Shown: piece by piece, positions 6,845 through 15,412 of the stretch
Numbering within the stretch: position 1 is the first letter of the stretch
Layout of the letters: each line of letters begins with the position of its first letter
DNA from: Candidatus Latescibacterota bacterium
GTDB taxonomy: Bacteria > Latescibacterota > UBA2968
Direction of reading: 5' to 3'
Length of the DNA stretch: 19,387 nt
Assembly (NCBI GenBank): GCA_038279365.1
Contig: JAYODI010000001.1
Coordinates: forward strand, 182,137-201,523
Made by a program: the position numbers and the translations under genes
The notes under the pieces: generated by a model
Database searches by the model: none
What the model was told of the DNA's origin: nothing
The model's input: the letters and a program-made list of their open reading frames with translations, nothing else

Positions 6845-7678
6845 TTATTTGTCTATGAATAAGGGTTGTGTAGATGGGGGAATGATGCTGGCAGCTTCGG
6901 CGCGTTGATACAGATCTGTAATGGCAGCTTCGCCGTCGGTCATATAATCGAGGGTATAATCGTTGACATAGAGATCAATGTGTTGTTGCATTACCTGTTC
7001 GTCCATTTCTTGGGCGTGTTGGCGAATGTAGTCTTTAACAGCATTGGGATTGTTGTGTGCAAATTCGACACTGGCCCGTAGAGAACGGTCGATGTTTTGA
7101 ATGATTTCTGTGCCAAGGTCGCGTCGTGCAAGAATGCCACCCAATGGAATGGGATGCCCCGTTGCCGATTCCCACCATTGCCCCAAGTCGATGACTTTGT
7201 GAAGCCCGTAGTTGGGGTAAGTAAAGCGCGATTCGTGAATGATGAGTCCTGCGTCTACATCGCCTTTTTGGGTGGCCGACATAATTTCGTGGAAAGGCAG
7301 TACAACGAGGTTTTGGATTTGTGGATTAAATAGGCGAAGCAGAAGGGCGGCGGTTGTCAATTTGCCAGGAATGGCGATTTTTTTGTGTTGTAAATCTTCT
7401 GAAGACATGGGCTCGCGTGCGATTACCATTGGACCACAACCGCGCCCTAATGCACCACCGGAGCGTAGGAGACAATATCGGTCTCGCAAATGCCCTAAGG
7501 CATGAAATGAGATTTTGGTCATGTCCAATTGATTGTTGGTGGCCATTGTATTGAGGGTTTCAATGTCTTCGAGCACTTCTTTAAATAGCGGTGCATCTTC
7601 AATTTTGTTGTGTACCAGTCCGTAAAAGATGTACGTGTCGTTTGGACAAGGTGAATAACCAAGTGAAATGGCAGACAT
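6845..7678 (-). CDS. mqnD: 1,4-dihydroxy-6-naphthoate synthase (futalosine menaquinone pathway), 277 aa
   Basis: LGYSPCPNDTYIFYGL, DIETLN, GGALGRGCGP, IAIPGKLTTA, GLIIHESRFTY, DLGQWWE...PIPLGGI, HIDLYVNDYT. Confidence 0.93.
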   Translation of the reverse strand: MSAISLGYSPCPNDTYIFYGLVHNKIEDAPLFKEVLEDIETLNTMATNNQLDMTKISFHALGHLRDRYCLLRSGGALGRGCGPMVIAREPMSSEDLQHKKIAIPGKLTTAALLLRLFNPQIQNLVVLPFHEIMSATQKGDVDAGLIIHESRFTYPNYGLHKVIDLGQWWESATGHPIPLGGILARRDLGTEIIQNIDRSLRASVEFAHNNPNAVKDYIRQHAQEMDEQVMQQHIDLYVNDYTLDYMTDGEAAITDLYQRAEAASIIPPSTQPLFIDK

Positions 7679-7753
7679 AAAGACCTCAAAAGAAAGCGAT
7701 GAAATTTAGAACGATGGTTGTGATTTGGTCGTTGATCGATAGCCGGTTATACC

Positions 7754-8470
7754 TTAACTTAGTGCCTGAATCAGTTTGGCTGTAGCTGTTTGGGCCCGTT
7801 GGAGTGCGAGGGGAATGTTCCAGGCGTCTTTGTTGCGGTCTTCGACCTGGTTGCTGATGGCGCGCAGTTCGAGAAATGGAATTTGGTATTGCAAGCAAAT
7901 TTGGGCTGCGGCCACACCCTCCATATTTTCGCAAATGGCATTGAATTTTTTGGCAATATCATTGCCAATATCGGTGCGTCCACTGCATTGTTGCACCGTG
8001 ACAAACGGCCCTACGATGACCTCTTCTTTGGCATTGTGAAGCGCGTTTTGGGCGTCTGTGATGAGATCTGGATCGAGTGGGTAGGTATTAAAAAAATCGC
8101 GATCTGTTTTAAGAACAGGAATTCCGATCTCATTGGCGGGGAGCCAACCGCTTGGGGTGATGATGCCCAGTTCGGCATAATTTTCTTCGCTGGCCATAAC
8201 CAGATCGCCCAGGTTGAGGTGGGCAGGTAGGTAAGCGCCACCAATGCCTGTTTGTAAGACGAGGTCGGGTTTGATTTGTTGAAGGGCCACGGTAAGAGCA
8301 TGTGTGGTATTAACCAAACCCAAGCCTGTTTCTATCAAGATAACAGGATGGTTGCCCAAAATGCCTCGTGTCCACGTGTTGTATGCAATGTTTTGTTGGA
8401 CTGGGTGCGTGAGCTGTTCACGCAAGATTTGTTGCTCAAAGGCTGTGGCTGTAAGAATAAGTGTGGGCAT
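7754..8470 (-). CDS. mqnB: Futalosine hydrolase (PNP/MTAN nucleosidase fold), about 238 aa
   Basis: LILTATAFEQ, ETGLGLVN, LQTGIGGAY, GPFVTVQQCSG, CENMEGVAAAQ, ELRAISNQVEDRNKDAWNIPLAL. Adjacent to mqnD. Start placed at ATG 8470 (MPTLIL); the track's 27-aa extension runs through low-complexity intergenic DNA. Confidence 0.9.
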   Translation of the reverse strand: MPTLILTATAFEQQILREQLTHPVQQNIAYNTWTRGILGNHPVILIETGLGLVNTTHALTVALQQIKPDLVLQTGIGGAYLPAHLNLGDLVMASEENYAELGIITPSGWLPANEIGIPVLKTDRDFFNTYPLDPDLITDAQNALHNAKEEVIVGPFVTVQQCSGRTDIGNDIAKKFNAICENMEGVAAAQICLQYQIPFLELRAISNQVEDRNKDAWNIPLALQRAQTATAKLIQALS

Positions 8471-8562
8471 AAAGTGAAAGTGTAAAATGTGTGATGAAAT
8501 TTGAGATGTTGAAAGATAGCACAACAATGAAAAATGTAAATTAAAAAGCACGCAGATTTATT

Positions 8563-9780
8563 TTGACGGATGTTCTTTTTCTTAAGGGGTTTGTTTTGGG
8601 TGTGGCAGATTTTCGACTTTGTGGTGGCCAGGTGGTATTGCCCAATGGTGAGGTGATTTTTGGTGATGTGGAAGTGGTGGAGGGGAAGGTGTCTCAAGTT
8701 GGGTGTTTGTCCAATGTAGACTTACGCGTTGTGGATGTGGCGGGTTTGATGGTTGCACCGGGGTATATGGATATTCATGTCAATGGCGGGATGGGCGAAA
8801 CATTTGAAGATGCCGACGACAAGGGGTTGAATAAGATTTTGGATTTGTATGCTAAGCACGGTACTACGTCTTTGTTGGGCGCGTTAAATACGGCTCCCAA
8901 AGAAAAACGGTTGGCAAGCTTGGCAAGGTTAAAAGCATGGCAAAGAACCAAAACCCAACCCATTGACTTTTTGGGTGTGTATTTGGAAGGGCCGTATTTT
9001 AACCCCGAGCAACGAGGTGCTCATGTTGCAGATTGGATGCGAGACCCTGATCCTGAAGAATATGGCACTTGGTTGGACGAATATGGCGATTTGATTCGTG
9101 TTGTTTCTGTGGCTCCCGAGCGAAATGGTGCATTGACAATGATTCGTGAGTTGAGTCGGGCAGGTATTGTTCCCGCCGTGGGGCATTCGATGGCCACAGG
9201 TGCCATTATGCGTGAAGCGATTGCTGCGGGTGTGCGATTGATCACGCATATTTACAACGCGCAATCCACTTTTTGCAGGACTGATCATGGCAAACATTTG
9301 GGTGTGGCAGAGGTGGGATTAATGTGTGATGATTTGACCATAGAAATCATTCCTGATGGGTTTCATTTAACACCCGAAATGTTGGCCTTTGTACTGAAGG
9401 TGAAACCAACAGATTTGATTTGTGCGACCACCGATGCGATGCACGCTACGGGATTGGGTTCTGGAAAATATCAGATGATGGGGCAAACGGTGTGGGTGGA
9501 AGGCGATGAAGCTTTTCGCGAAGATCGCAAACGCCATGCGGGAAGTATTTTGACGATGGAAAAAGCGGTTCAAATTTTGGTGGCAACGGGTGCATCGGTT
9601 GGAGATGCCATACGGATGGCCACAGAGGTACCAGCACGAACCATTGGGGTCGATCATTTTAAAGGCAAATTGGTGAAGGGATATGATGCCGATTTGATTT
9701 TGTTAGACGAACAGTTGAATGTGGTGGCCACCATTTGTCGGGGGAACGTTGTTTATGATCGAGATGGGCGTTTGGTTTAA
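8563..9780 (+). CDS. nagA: N-acetylglucosamine-6-phosphate deacetylase (amidohydrolase superfamily)
   Basis: APGYMDIHVNG, YLEGPYFNPEQRGAH, APE, GHS, THIYNAQ, DGFH, TDAM, AGSILTM, PAR...KGKLVKGYDADL. Start is uncertain (TTG 8563 or GTG 8602). Confidence 0.85.
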   Translation: MTDVLFLKGFVLGVADFRLCGGQVVLPNGEVIFGDVEVVEGKVSQVGCLSNVDLRVVDVAGLMVAPGYMDIHVNGGMGETFEDADDKGLNKILDLYAKHGTTSLLGALNTAPKEKRLASLARLKAWQRTKTQPIDFLGVYLEGPYFNPEQRGAHVADWMRDPDPEEYGTWLDEYGDLIRVVSVAPERNGALTMIRELSRAGIVPAVGHSMATGAIMREAIAAGVRLITHIYNAQSTFCRTDHGKHLGVAEVGLMCDDLTIEIIPDGFHLTPEMLAFVLKVKPTDLICATTDAMHATGLGSGKYQMMGQTVWVEGDEAFREDRKRHAGSILTMEKAVQILVATGASVGDAIRMATEVPARTIGVDHFKGKLVKGYDADLILLDEQLNVVATICRGNVVYDRDGRLV

Positions 9781-9794
9781 TTGGCGTAGAAAAT

Positions 9795-9832
9795 AAAAAA
9801 AGCCCTGTCATTTACTTGACAGGGCTTTTTTT
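9795..9832. terminator. Bidirectional rho-independent terminator between convergent nagA and potD
   Basis: AAAAAAAGCCCTGTCA / TTTACT / TGACAGGGCTTTTTTT, a perfect 16-bp inverted repeat. Confidence 0.92.
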
Positions 9833-9840
9833 GTAACCGA

Positions 9841-10899
9841 TTACTGTGATTTTACGGCAGTCCAAACCACATCATAAAGTTGTGTGTGTTTGCCCACATC
9901 TTGTTGGTATTCGAGTTTTTTCATGGCCGATGCGGGTGGGTAGAGCACGGGATTTTCAAGTGTTTCTTTGTCTAAGAGCTTTTTTGAAGCCTTGTTGGGA
10001 GATGCATATTCTGTATACGTTGAAAGTTGTGCCCCCACTTTGGCATCGAGTATGTAGTTGATAAATTTATGCGCGCCCGATGTGTTGGGTGCTTTGATTG
10101 GAATGGCCATGACATCGGCCCAAACAATGGAGCCTTCGCGGGGGACTATATAGGCAAATTGATCGTTTTCGTCTTCAGAAATGGCACGAAGGGCATCCCC
10201 GTTCCAAACCACTGCCATATCTACGGCCCCAGAAGCCACCCGATTTTTGCCTCCTACGCCACCTTCAAATCCTTGGGCATTGGGGCTTTTTTTGGCGTCG
10301 ATGAGAAGTTGACCCGCTTTTTTGACTTGTTCGGAATCTGTGGTATTGGATGAATAACCCAGATAAACGAGTGCCACACCCAATTGGTCGCGCATTTCAT
10401 CCAACAGAATAAAGGTTCCCACCTCTTTTTTTCGGTCTAAGATGACAGACCAAGAAGGATCGAGGTTGGGAAATTTGGCCTTGTTGTACATGAGACCAAC
10501 GGTGCCCCATTGATAGGCCAAGCTGTATTTGGTTTTGGGATCATAACTCGGATTTAAAAATTCGGCTTCTAAATTTTTGCGATTTGGGATTTGGGTATGA
10601 TCAAGCGGTTTTAAGAGCTCTAAGCGTGACATGAGGGGAACCATCATGTTAGAAACGACCACCACATCATATTGGCTTGCACCGCCGGCATATTGAATTT
10701 TGGCGAGCATCTCTTCCGACGATTCATAGAGTGACAGGTTGACTTTAATGCCTGTGTTCTTTTCAAAGTCGGTTACCATTTCAGGGTCTATATATTCTGA
10801 CCAAATGTATACATTGATTTCTTCTGCGTGACTGTTCTGGGTGATTAAGCCTGATCCCAGAAACAGCAAAATCATACCTGCACGAAAAAGATTCTTCAT
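9841..10899 (-). CDS. potD: Spermidine/putrescine ABC transporter periplasmic binding protein, 352 aa
   Basis: Sec signal peptide ending ...SHA|EE. INVYIWSEYIDP, YESSEEM, YQWGTVGLMYN, WNGDA, PREGSIVWADVMAIP, AHKFINYIL. Confidence 0.9.
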   Translation of the reverse strand: MKNLFRAGMILLFLGSGLITQNSHAEEINVYIWSEYIDPEMVTDFEKNTGIKVNLSLYESSEEMLAKIQYAGGASQYDVVVVSNMMVPLMSRLELLKPLDHTQIPNRKNLEAEFLNPSYDPKTKYSLAYQWGTVGLMYNKAKFPNLDPSWSVILDRKKEVGTFILLDEMRDQLGVALVYLGYSSNTTDSEQVKKAGQLLIDAKKSPNAQGFEGGVGGKNRVASGAVDMAVVWNGDALRAISEDENDQFAYIVPREGSIVWADVMAIPIKAPNTSGAHKFINYILDAKVGAQLSTYTEYASPNKASKKLLDKETLENPVLYPPASAMKKLEYQQDVGKHTQLYDVVWTAVKSQ

Positions 10900-10905
10900 C
10901 GGGCG

Positions 10906-11700
10906 TTACTCCTCGATAGGTGTCTTGGAGAGTTTTTGAAGCCCCAAGACAAGTAGAACGGTTATGAGAACAATCAGCGTGGAGAGCGCGTGAAGCTCAG
11001 GGCTGAGGCCTCGTCTGAGTGATGCATAAATAAAAATGGGTAAGGTATCGGACTTAGGGCCCGATGTAAAAAAGCTAATGACAAAATCGTCTAAAGACAG
11101 TGTGAATGCCAGTGTGGCTCCAGCCAAAATACTGGGTAAAATGAGGGGCAATGTGACCCGTTTGAATAGATCTGGTGGCGATGCATAAAGATCACTGGCA
11201 GCTTCGCTAAATGTGTTGCCCAATGTTTTGAGACGACTGCGCACAATGAGTGCGACAAATGCAATTTGAAATGTTACATGCCCAATGATCATTGAGGCCA
11301 TGCCCGATTGGTATTCGGCCCAAAAAACACGCACAATGCCAAATGCGACGACCAAGGCCGCTGCAAAGATAATATCGGGCGTTACAATGGGTAAATCAAC
11401 CAAAGTGTCTAAGGCCCATTGGGTGCGTGGTCGCCACGGAAAACGTTCCAAACCAATTGCCAAGCAGGTGCCTAATACTGTGGCAATGAGTGTGGATAGG
11501 GTTGCAAGTTGTAGGGTGTTCCAGGTGGCGTTTAAAATGAGTTCATTTTGGAAGAGTTGGGTATACCAAGACAGTGTAAACCCCTTCCATACCAACCCTA
11601 TGCGTGTTGCATTTACCGAATAGATGGAAACGGCCAGCAAGGGTAAATAAAGTATGGCTACAGATAGGGCAATAATTGTGCCTTTGAACATTTGTTTCAT
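10906..11700 (-). CDS. potC: Spermidine/putrescine ABC transporter permease, about 264 aa
   Basis: LYLPL, WKGFTLSWY, EAA loop EAASDLYAS, FTLSLDDFVISFF, TLPIFIY. The ATG at 11700 overlaps the potB stop (ATGA). The 12012 start in the track is an over-extension into potB. Confidence 0.9.
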   Translation of the reverse strand: MKQMFKGTIIALSVAILYLPLLAVSIYSVNATRIGLVWKGFTLSWYTQLFQNELILNATWNTLQLATLSTLIATVLGTCLAIGLERFPWRPRTQWALDTLVDLPIVTPDIIFAAALVVAFGIVRVFWAEYQSGMASMIIGHVTFQIAFVALIVRSRLKTLGNTFSEAASDLYASPPDLFKRVTLPLILPSILAGATLAFTLSLDDFVISFFTSGPKSDTLPIFIYASLRRGLSPELHALSTLIVLITVLLVLGLQKLSKTPIEE

Positions 11701-12602
11701 GGCACATGAACCTGTTGACCTTGTTTGCGATAAAAATAGAGGCCAACCAATGTGAGCACAATCAGCACCAAACTGACAGCGGCCCCAAATGGGTAGTCTC
11801 GGCTGGCACCAAATTGCTGTTGGATGAGATTGCCTACCAACATAAAGTTGGCACCGCCCAAGCGATTGGTAATGACAAACATGCCCATTGTGGGTACAAA
11901 AGTCATTAAGATGGCCACAAAAAGCCCAGGGCGCGTTTGAGGTAAAATGGCAGAACGAAACACGCGCGTTTCTGAAGCATACAGATCTCGTGCGGCTTCG
12001 ACCACAGACCAATTTAGGCGCTCAACGCTGGTGTATAATGGCAAAAGGGCATAGGGCAGAGAATAGGATATCATACCCAAATAAACAGCGATGGTGCTGG
12101 GATAGAGCGCGCGCCCAGTGGGAATGAGCCCAAAATAAGCCGCAATTTGAGACAATGGCAATTGGGGTGAGAGCAACAATTCCCAAGCATAGGTTCGAAT
12201 GACCAAATTGGTACACATGGGAATGACTATGAGTGATAAGGCGATTTGTCTACCGTGCGTACTGAGGTTGTTGATGTAAAATGCCAATGGGTAAGACAAA
12301 AAAACACAAATGGCCGTTACCCAAATGGCGGCCCACAAACTGCGACCCAAAATATAGAGATAGACAGGTGACCAACCAAAGATGCCATAACCGGCCAAGC
12401 GCCTAAAATTGTCGAGTGTCCACTGCCAAACAATTTGGCCATCGGGGCCACGCGTTGTTAACGACAAAAGCCCCACAAAAAAAGAGGGCAAAATCATAAA
12501 CAGCAGCATCCACGCTATGCCCAGTGCAATGCTTGCCAGTGCAATGAGAAACAATCGTCGCCGGGTGGTGATTTGACCGTGAAAAACAAACTGCTTAATC
12601 AC
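11697..12602 (-). CDS. potB: Spermidine/putrescine ABC transporter permease, about 301 aa
   Basis: LSYPLAF, TNLVIRTYAW, LPYALLPLY, EAARDLYAS, GNLIQQQFGASRDYPFGAA. The GTG start at 12602 overlaps the potA stop. Confidence 0.9.
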   Translation of the reverse strand: MIKQFVFHGQITTRRRLFLIALASIALGIAWMLLFMILPSFFVGLLSLTTRGPDGQIVWQWTLDNFRRLAGYGIFGWSPVYLYILGRSLWAAIWVTAICVFLSYPLAFYINNLSTHGRQIALSLIVIPMCTNLVIRTYAWELLLSPQLPLSQIAAYFGLIPTGRALYPSTIAVYLGMISYSLPYALLPLYTSVERLNWSVVEAARDLYASETRVFRSAILPQTRPGLFVAILMTFVPTMGMFVITNRLGGANFMLVGNLIQQQFGASRDYPFGAAVSLVLIVLTLVGLYFYRKQGQQVHVP

Positions 12603-13686
12603 GCAAGACCTCAATGTATTCGGGCGGCAGTTGAATGCTGAGCTTGTTGTTGGGCACCAGTGCAGCTGTGGGTGCCGTTCGAATGCGCAAGGCGCCGGGG
12701 TTGACCAATACTTCGCAATGATCTCCACGATAGATGGCGTCTTGGATGGTGACAGACAGGCCATTGATGTCGGCTGGGTTGTCACATATGCGAATGCGTT
12801 CTGGACGAATCATGATGGTGCCTGTTTGCCAGTCGGGTTTTTGTGACAAGGCAAAATCACCCAATGCAGTGTGTACCAATGCCGAGCCATTTCTTTGAGC
12901 TTGAATGAGGTTGGCACTGCCCAAAAACTCGGCCACAAACCGAGAGGTGGGTTTTTCATATATTTCAGAAGGTGAACCATATTGTTCGATTTGCCCTTCT
13001 TTCATTACAAAAATGCGATCGGATACAGTAAGGGCTTCGTCTTGGTCGTGGGTGACCAACATAAATGTGGTGTTGGAGCTGCGCTGTATGCGACGCAATT
13101 CTACTTGAAGTTCGTTGCGCAATTTGGCATCTAAGGCTGACATGGGTTCGTCTAATAACAAGAGCAAGGGTTCGTTAACCAATGCACGTGCCAGAGCAAC
13201 ACGCTGTTTTTGCCCACCTGATAGGTTGTTTGGCAAACGGTTTTCAAAGGCTTCCAATTGCACCAGTGCAAGGCTTTTGGACACTTTTTCTTTTATCTCT
13301 TTGGCTGGCTTTTTTCGAGATTTGAGGCCAAATGCAATGTTTTCGTATACATTGAGGTGTGGAAATAACGCGTAGTTTTGGAAGACGGTGTTGACGGGGC
13401 GTGTATAAGCTGGGGCATGTGTAACGTGTTGCCCGTTGAGGAAAATATGGCCCGAATCGGGTAGTTCGAGGCCTGCAAGGATGCGTAGAAGGGTTGTTTT
13501 GCCACAACCGGAAGGGCCAAGGAGGGTAACAAATTCTCCTCGGTTGACTTGGATGTTGATGTTTTGCAGTACGGGGGTGTCACCAAAAGATTTGTGAATG
13601 TCTTGAATGGACAAAAAGGCACTGTCACAAGTTGATGAGGTGATTGGTGGGGGTTGAATAGGGACTCGCAAACGCCATTTAAACAT
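12595..13686 (-). CDS. potA: Spermidine/putrescine ABC transporter ATP-binding subunit, up to 363 aa
   Basis: Walker A GPSGCGKTT, VFQNYALFPHLNV, signature LSGGQKQRVALARAL, Walker B LLLLDEP, VTHDQDEAL, C-terminal TOBE-like region. The exact start could be slightly downstream. Confidence 0.92.
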   Translation of the reverse strand: MFKWRLRVPIQPPPITSSTCDSAFLSIQDIHKSFGDTPVLQNINIQVNRGEFVTLLGPSGCGKTTLLRILAGLELPDSGHIFLNGQHVTHAPAYTRPVNTVFQNYALFPHLNVYENIAFGLKSRKKPAKEIKEKVSKSLALVQLEAFENRLPNNLSGGQKQRVALARALVNEPLLLLLDEPMSALDAKLRNELQVELRRIQRSSNTTFMLVTHDQDEALTVSDRIFVMKEGQIEQYGSPSEIYEKPTSRFVAEFLGSANLIQAQRNGSALVHTALGDFALSQKPDWQTGTIMIRPERIRICDNPADINGLSVTIQDAIYRGDHCEVLVNPGALRIRTAPTAALVPNNKLSIQLPPEYIEVLRD

Positions 13687-14119
13687 TGGGCAGACCTTTT
13701 GTGTGATGCACGGGCATAAAAGGATAAGCAGTTAAAAAGTGGGTTTGTTTTTGATTTGTAAAATCTGCGATGTGCCAAGGTTGTGTGGACAACACTGGGC
13801 GATATTTTTTTTGTATGCAATACACATGAGCGTTGACCATTGTGCCATTGGTTAATCGCACACGTGTTTGAATGCGTTTGTAAAAATCACCTTCAAAAAA
13901 ATCTAAGCGTTTGAGTGCTGGCAATGTGACATGGAGATACAATTTGCCAGATGTTTGGGCACCGTAAAAGGGTTTGATGCCCGGATAAACCTCACCGCGC
14001 ACACAACAGCACATATACCCATCTAATACTGCGTTTTGGGCAGTGAAAAGATGTCCTGCAACGCGTTGAAAAATGCTGGAGATTTGAAGTGTGCCATATG
14101 TAAAGAGATGTGTACGCAT
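13679..14119 (-). CDS. Gamma-glutamylcyclotransferase-fold protein (GGACT/AIG2/YtfP-like), 146 aa
   Basis: N-terminal LFTYGTL motif, YPGI, GKLY, LKRLDFFEGDFYKR with the conserved Glu, AHVY. Overlaps the potA start by 8 nt. Confidence 0.88.
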   Translation of the reverse strand: MRTHLFTYGTLQISSIFQRVAGHLFTAQNAVLDGYMCCCVRGEVYPGIKPFYGAQTSGKLYLHVTLPALKRLDFFEGDFYKRIQTRVRLTNGTMVNAHVYCIQKKYRPVLSTQPWHIADFTNQKQTHFLTAYPFMPVHHTKGLPNV

Positions 14120-14126
14120 CGCGATT

Positions 14127-14175
14127 AAAAACTACGCACCCCCTCGAACGAGATTGTCGCGCGAGGGGGTGTGGT
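14127..14175 (-). terminator. GC-rich hairpin followed by a T-run on the - strand; probable terminator downstream of pgl
   Basis: + strand CACCCCCTCG (14137-14146) pairs with CGAGGGGGTG (14162-14171), with extensions. On the - strand it is followed by GTAGTTTTTAA. Confidence 0.6.
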
Positions 14176-14244
14176 GTTGTGTTGCAATAAAGATACACTT
14201 TTAGAGGGAATTCAGGCAAGCACTAAATGCTTGTTTTGCTCATT

Positions 14245-15306
14245 TTACTTTGTGAGAAATTTGATGCATACGGGACGTGATACATCTGCTTCTGCACCTG
14301 TTTTGTGAAGGGTGCCATCTTCTTTGTTGATCCGAAATGTGACAATGTTGTGTGTGTTTTGGTTGGCGGCCAGTAAGAAGTTACCCGAAGGGTCAATGGC
14401 AAAGTTGCGTGGGTTTTTACCCCCTGTGGGTTCGTAACCGATAAGGGTGAGTGTGCCGTCGTCTGCAATGGCATAAATGACAATGCTGTCGTGGCCTCGG
14501 TTAGATCCATATGCAAATTTCCCGTCGGGTGAGACGTGAATGTCGGCGGTGTGACTGGTTTCGGTAAAGTCTTTGGGTAAGGTATTGATGCTTTGGATTT
14601 CTGTGAGTGCGCCTGTTGTTGCGTCATAGTTATAGGCATTTACGGTGTTGCCTATTTCGTTGATGACGTAGGCATATTTGCCGTTGGGGTGAATGTCAAA
14701 GTGACGAGGGCCTTCACCTGGGGAGACAGCAACCGAGTGGGCAAGTGAAAGTTTGCCCGTTTGGTGATGGAGTTCATATACGAGTATTTTGTCCATGCCC
14801 AAATCGGCCACGTAGGCAAATCGGTTTTGCGCGTCAAGGTTTATGGAGTGTGCGTGGGGTTCTTTTTGACGCCGTTCATTCACGCTTGAACCGTGGTGTT
14901 GGATGAAATCGGAGGCTTCTTGCAGTGAGCCGTCTTCGCCGATGGGAAGCACGCAAACACTGCCACCGCCATAGTTGGCAACCAAAGCATATTTGCCTGT
15001 GGCGTCAATGCAGAGGTGACAAGGACCAGGGCCTTTGACCGATTGGACATTGAGTTCGGTGAGTTCCCCCGAATCGGAAATGGCCAAGGCACTGATTGCG
15101 CCTACTTTTTCACCGTTGAGTTCGCTGATTTCGTTTATCGCGTAGAGGTATTTGCCTGATGGGTGAAGGGCCACAAAGGATGGGTTGTTGAGTTTGGCCG
15201 ATCCAATGGGCGATAGTTCACCCGTGTCGCTGTTGTAATTGAATGCATAAACACCGTCGCTGCCTTCGTTTGTGTAGGTGCCTACAAATGCCAAAGTGTT
15301 GCTCAT
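14245..15306 (-). CDS. pgl: 6-phosphogluconolactonase, cycloisomerase-2 / 7-bladed beta-propeller lactonase family, 353 aa
   Basis: AFVGTYT, NPSFVAL, GPCHL, VANYGGGSV, RQKEPHAH, ADLGMDKI, GEGPRHF, ADIHVSPDGKFAYGSNRGHDSI, GKNPRNF. SD AAGGAG. Confidence 0.9.
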   Translation of the reverse strand: MSNTLAFVGTYTNEGSDGVYAFNYNSDTGELSPIGSAKLNNPSFVALHPSGKYLYAINEISELNGEKVGAISALAISDSGELTELNVQSVKGPGPCHLCIDATGKYALVANYGGGSVCVLPIGEDGSLQEASDFIQHHGSSVNERRQKEPHAHSINLDAQNRFAYVADLGMDKILVYELHHQTGKLSLAHSVAVSPGEGPRHFDIHPNGKYAYVINEIGNTVNAYNYDATTGALTEIQSINTLPKDFTETSHTADIHVSPDGKFAYGSNRGHDSIVIYAIADDGTLTLIGYEPTGGKNPRNFAIDPSGNFLLAANQNTHNIVTFRINKEDGTLHKTGAEADVSRPVCIKFLTK

Positions 15307-15324
15307 TGAAAACTCCTTAATATT

Positions 15325-15408
15325 GTCTCAGGTCTGCAGGTCGCAGGTCTAACGCAAAGATAGAACCGTTGGGTTGGCATGCGACCTGTAGGCTTGTGAC
15401 GTGTGACT
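15325..15408. repeat. About 80-bp palindromic element of inverted heptamer tandem repeats, copy 2 (leuB-pgl spacer)
   Basis: Left GTCTCA GGTCTGCA GGTCGCA GGTC; right TGCGACC TGTAGGCT TGTGACG TGTGACT. It has 25 nt of identity with 5399-5423 and a similar loop (GAACCGTTGGGTTGGC vs GAAACCCGTGGTGTTGAC). Confidence 0.85.
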
Positions 15409-15412
15409 GCTT

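Noticed and set aside
11701-12785. Extended starts for potC (12012) and potB (12785)
   Set aside because: They would overlap upstream genes by 190-315 nt. Coupled starts at 11700 and 12602 give normal-length permeases.
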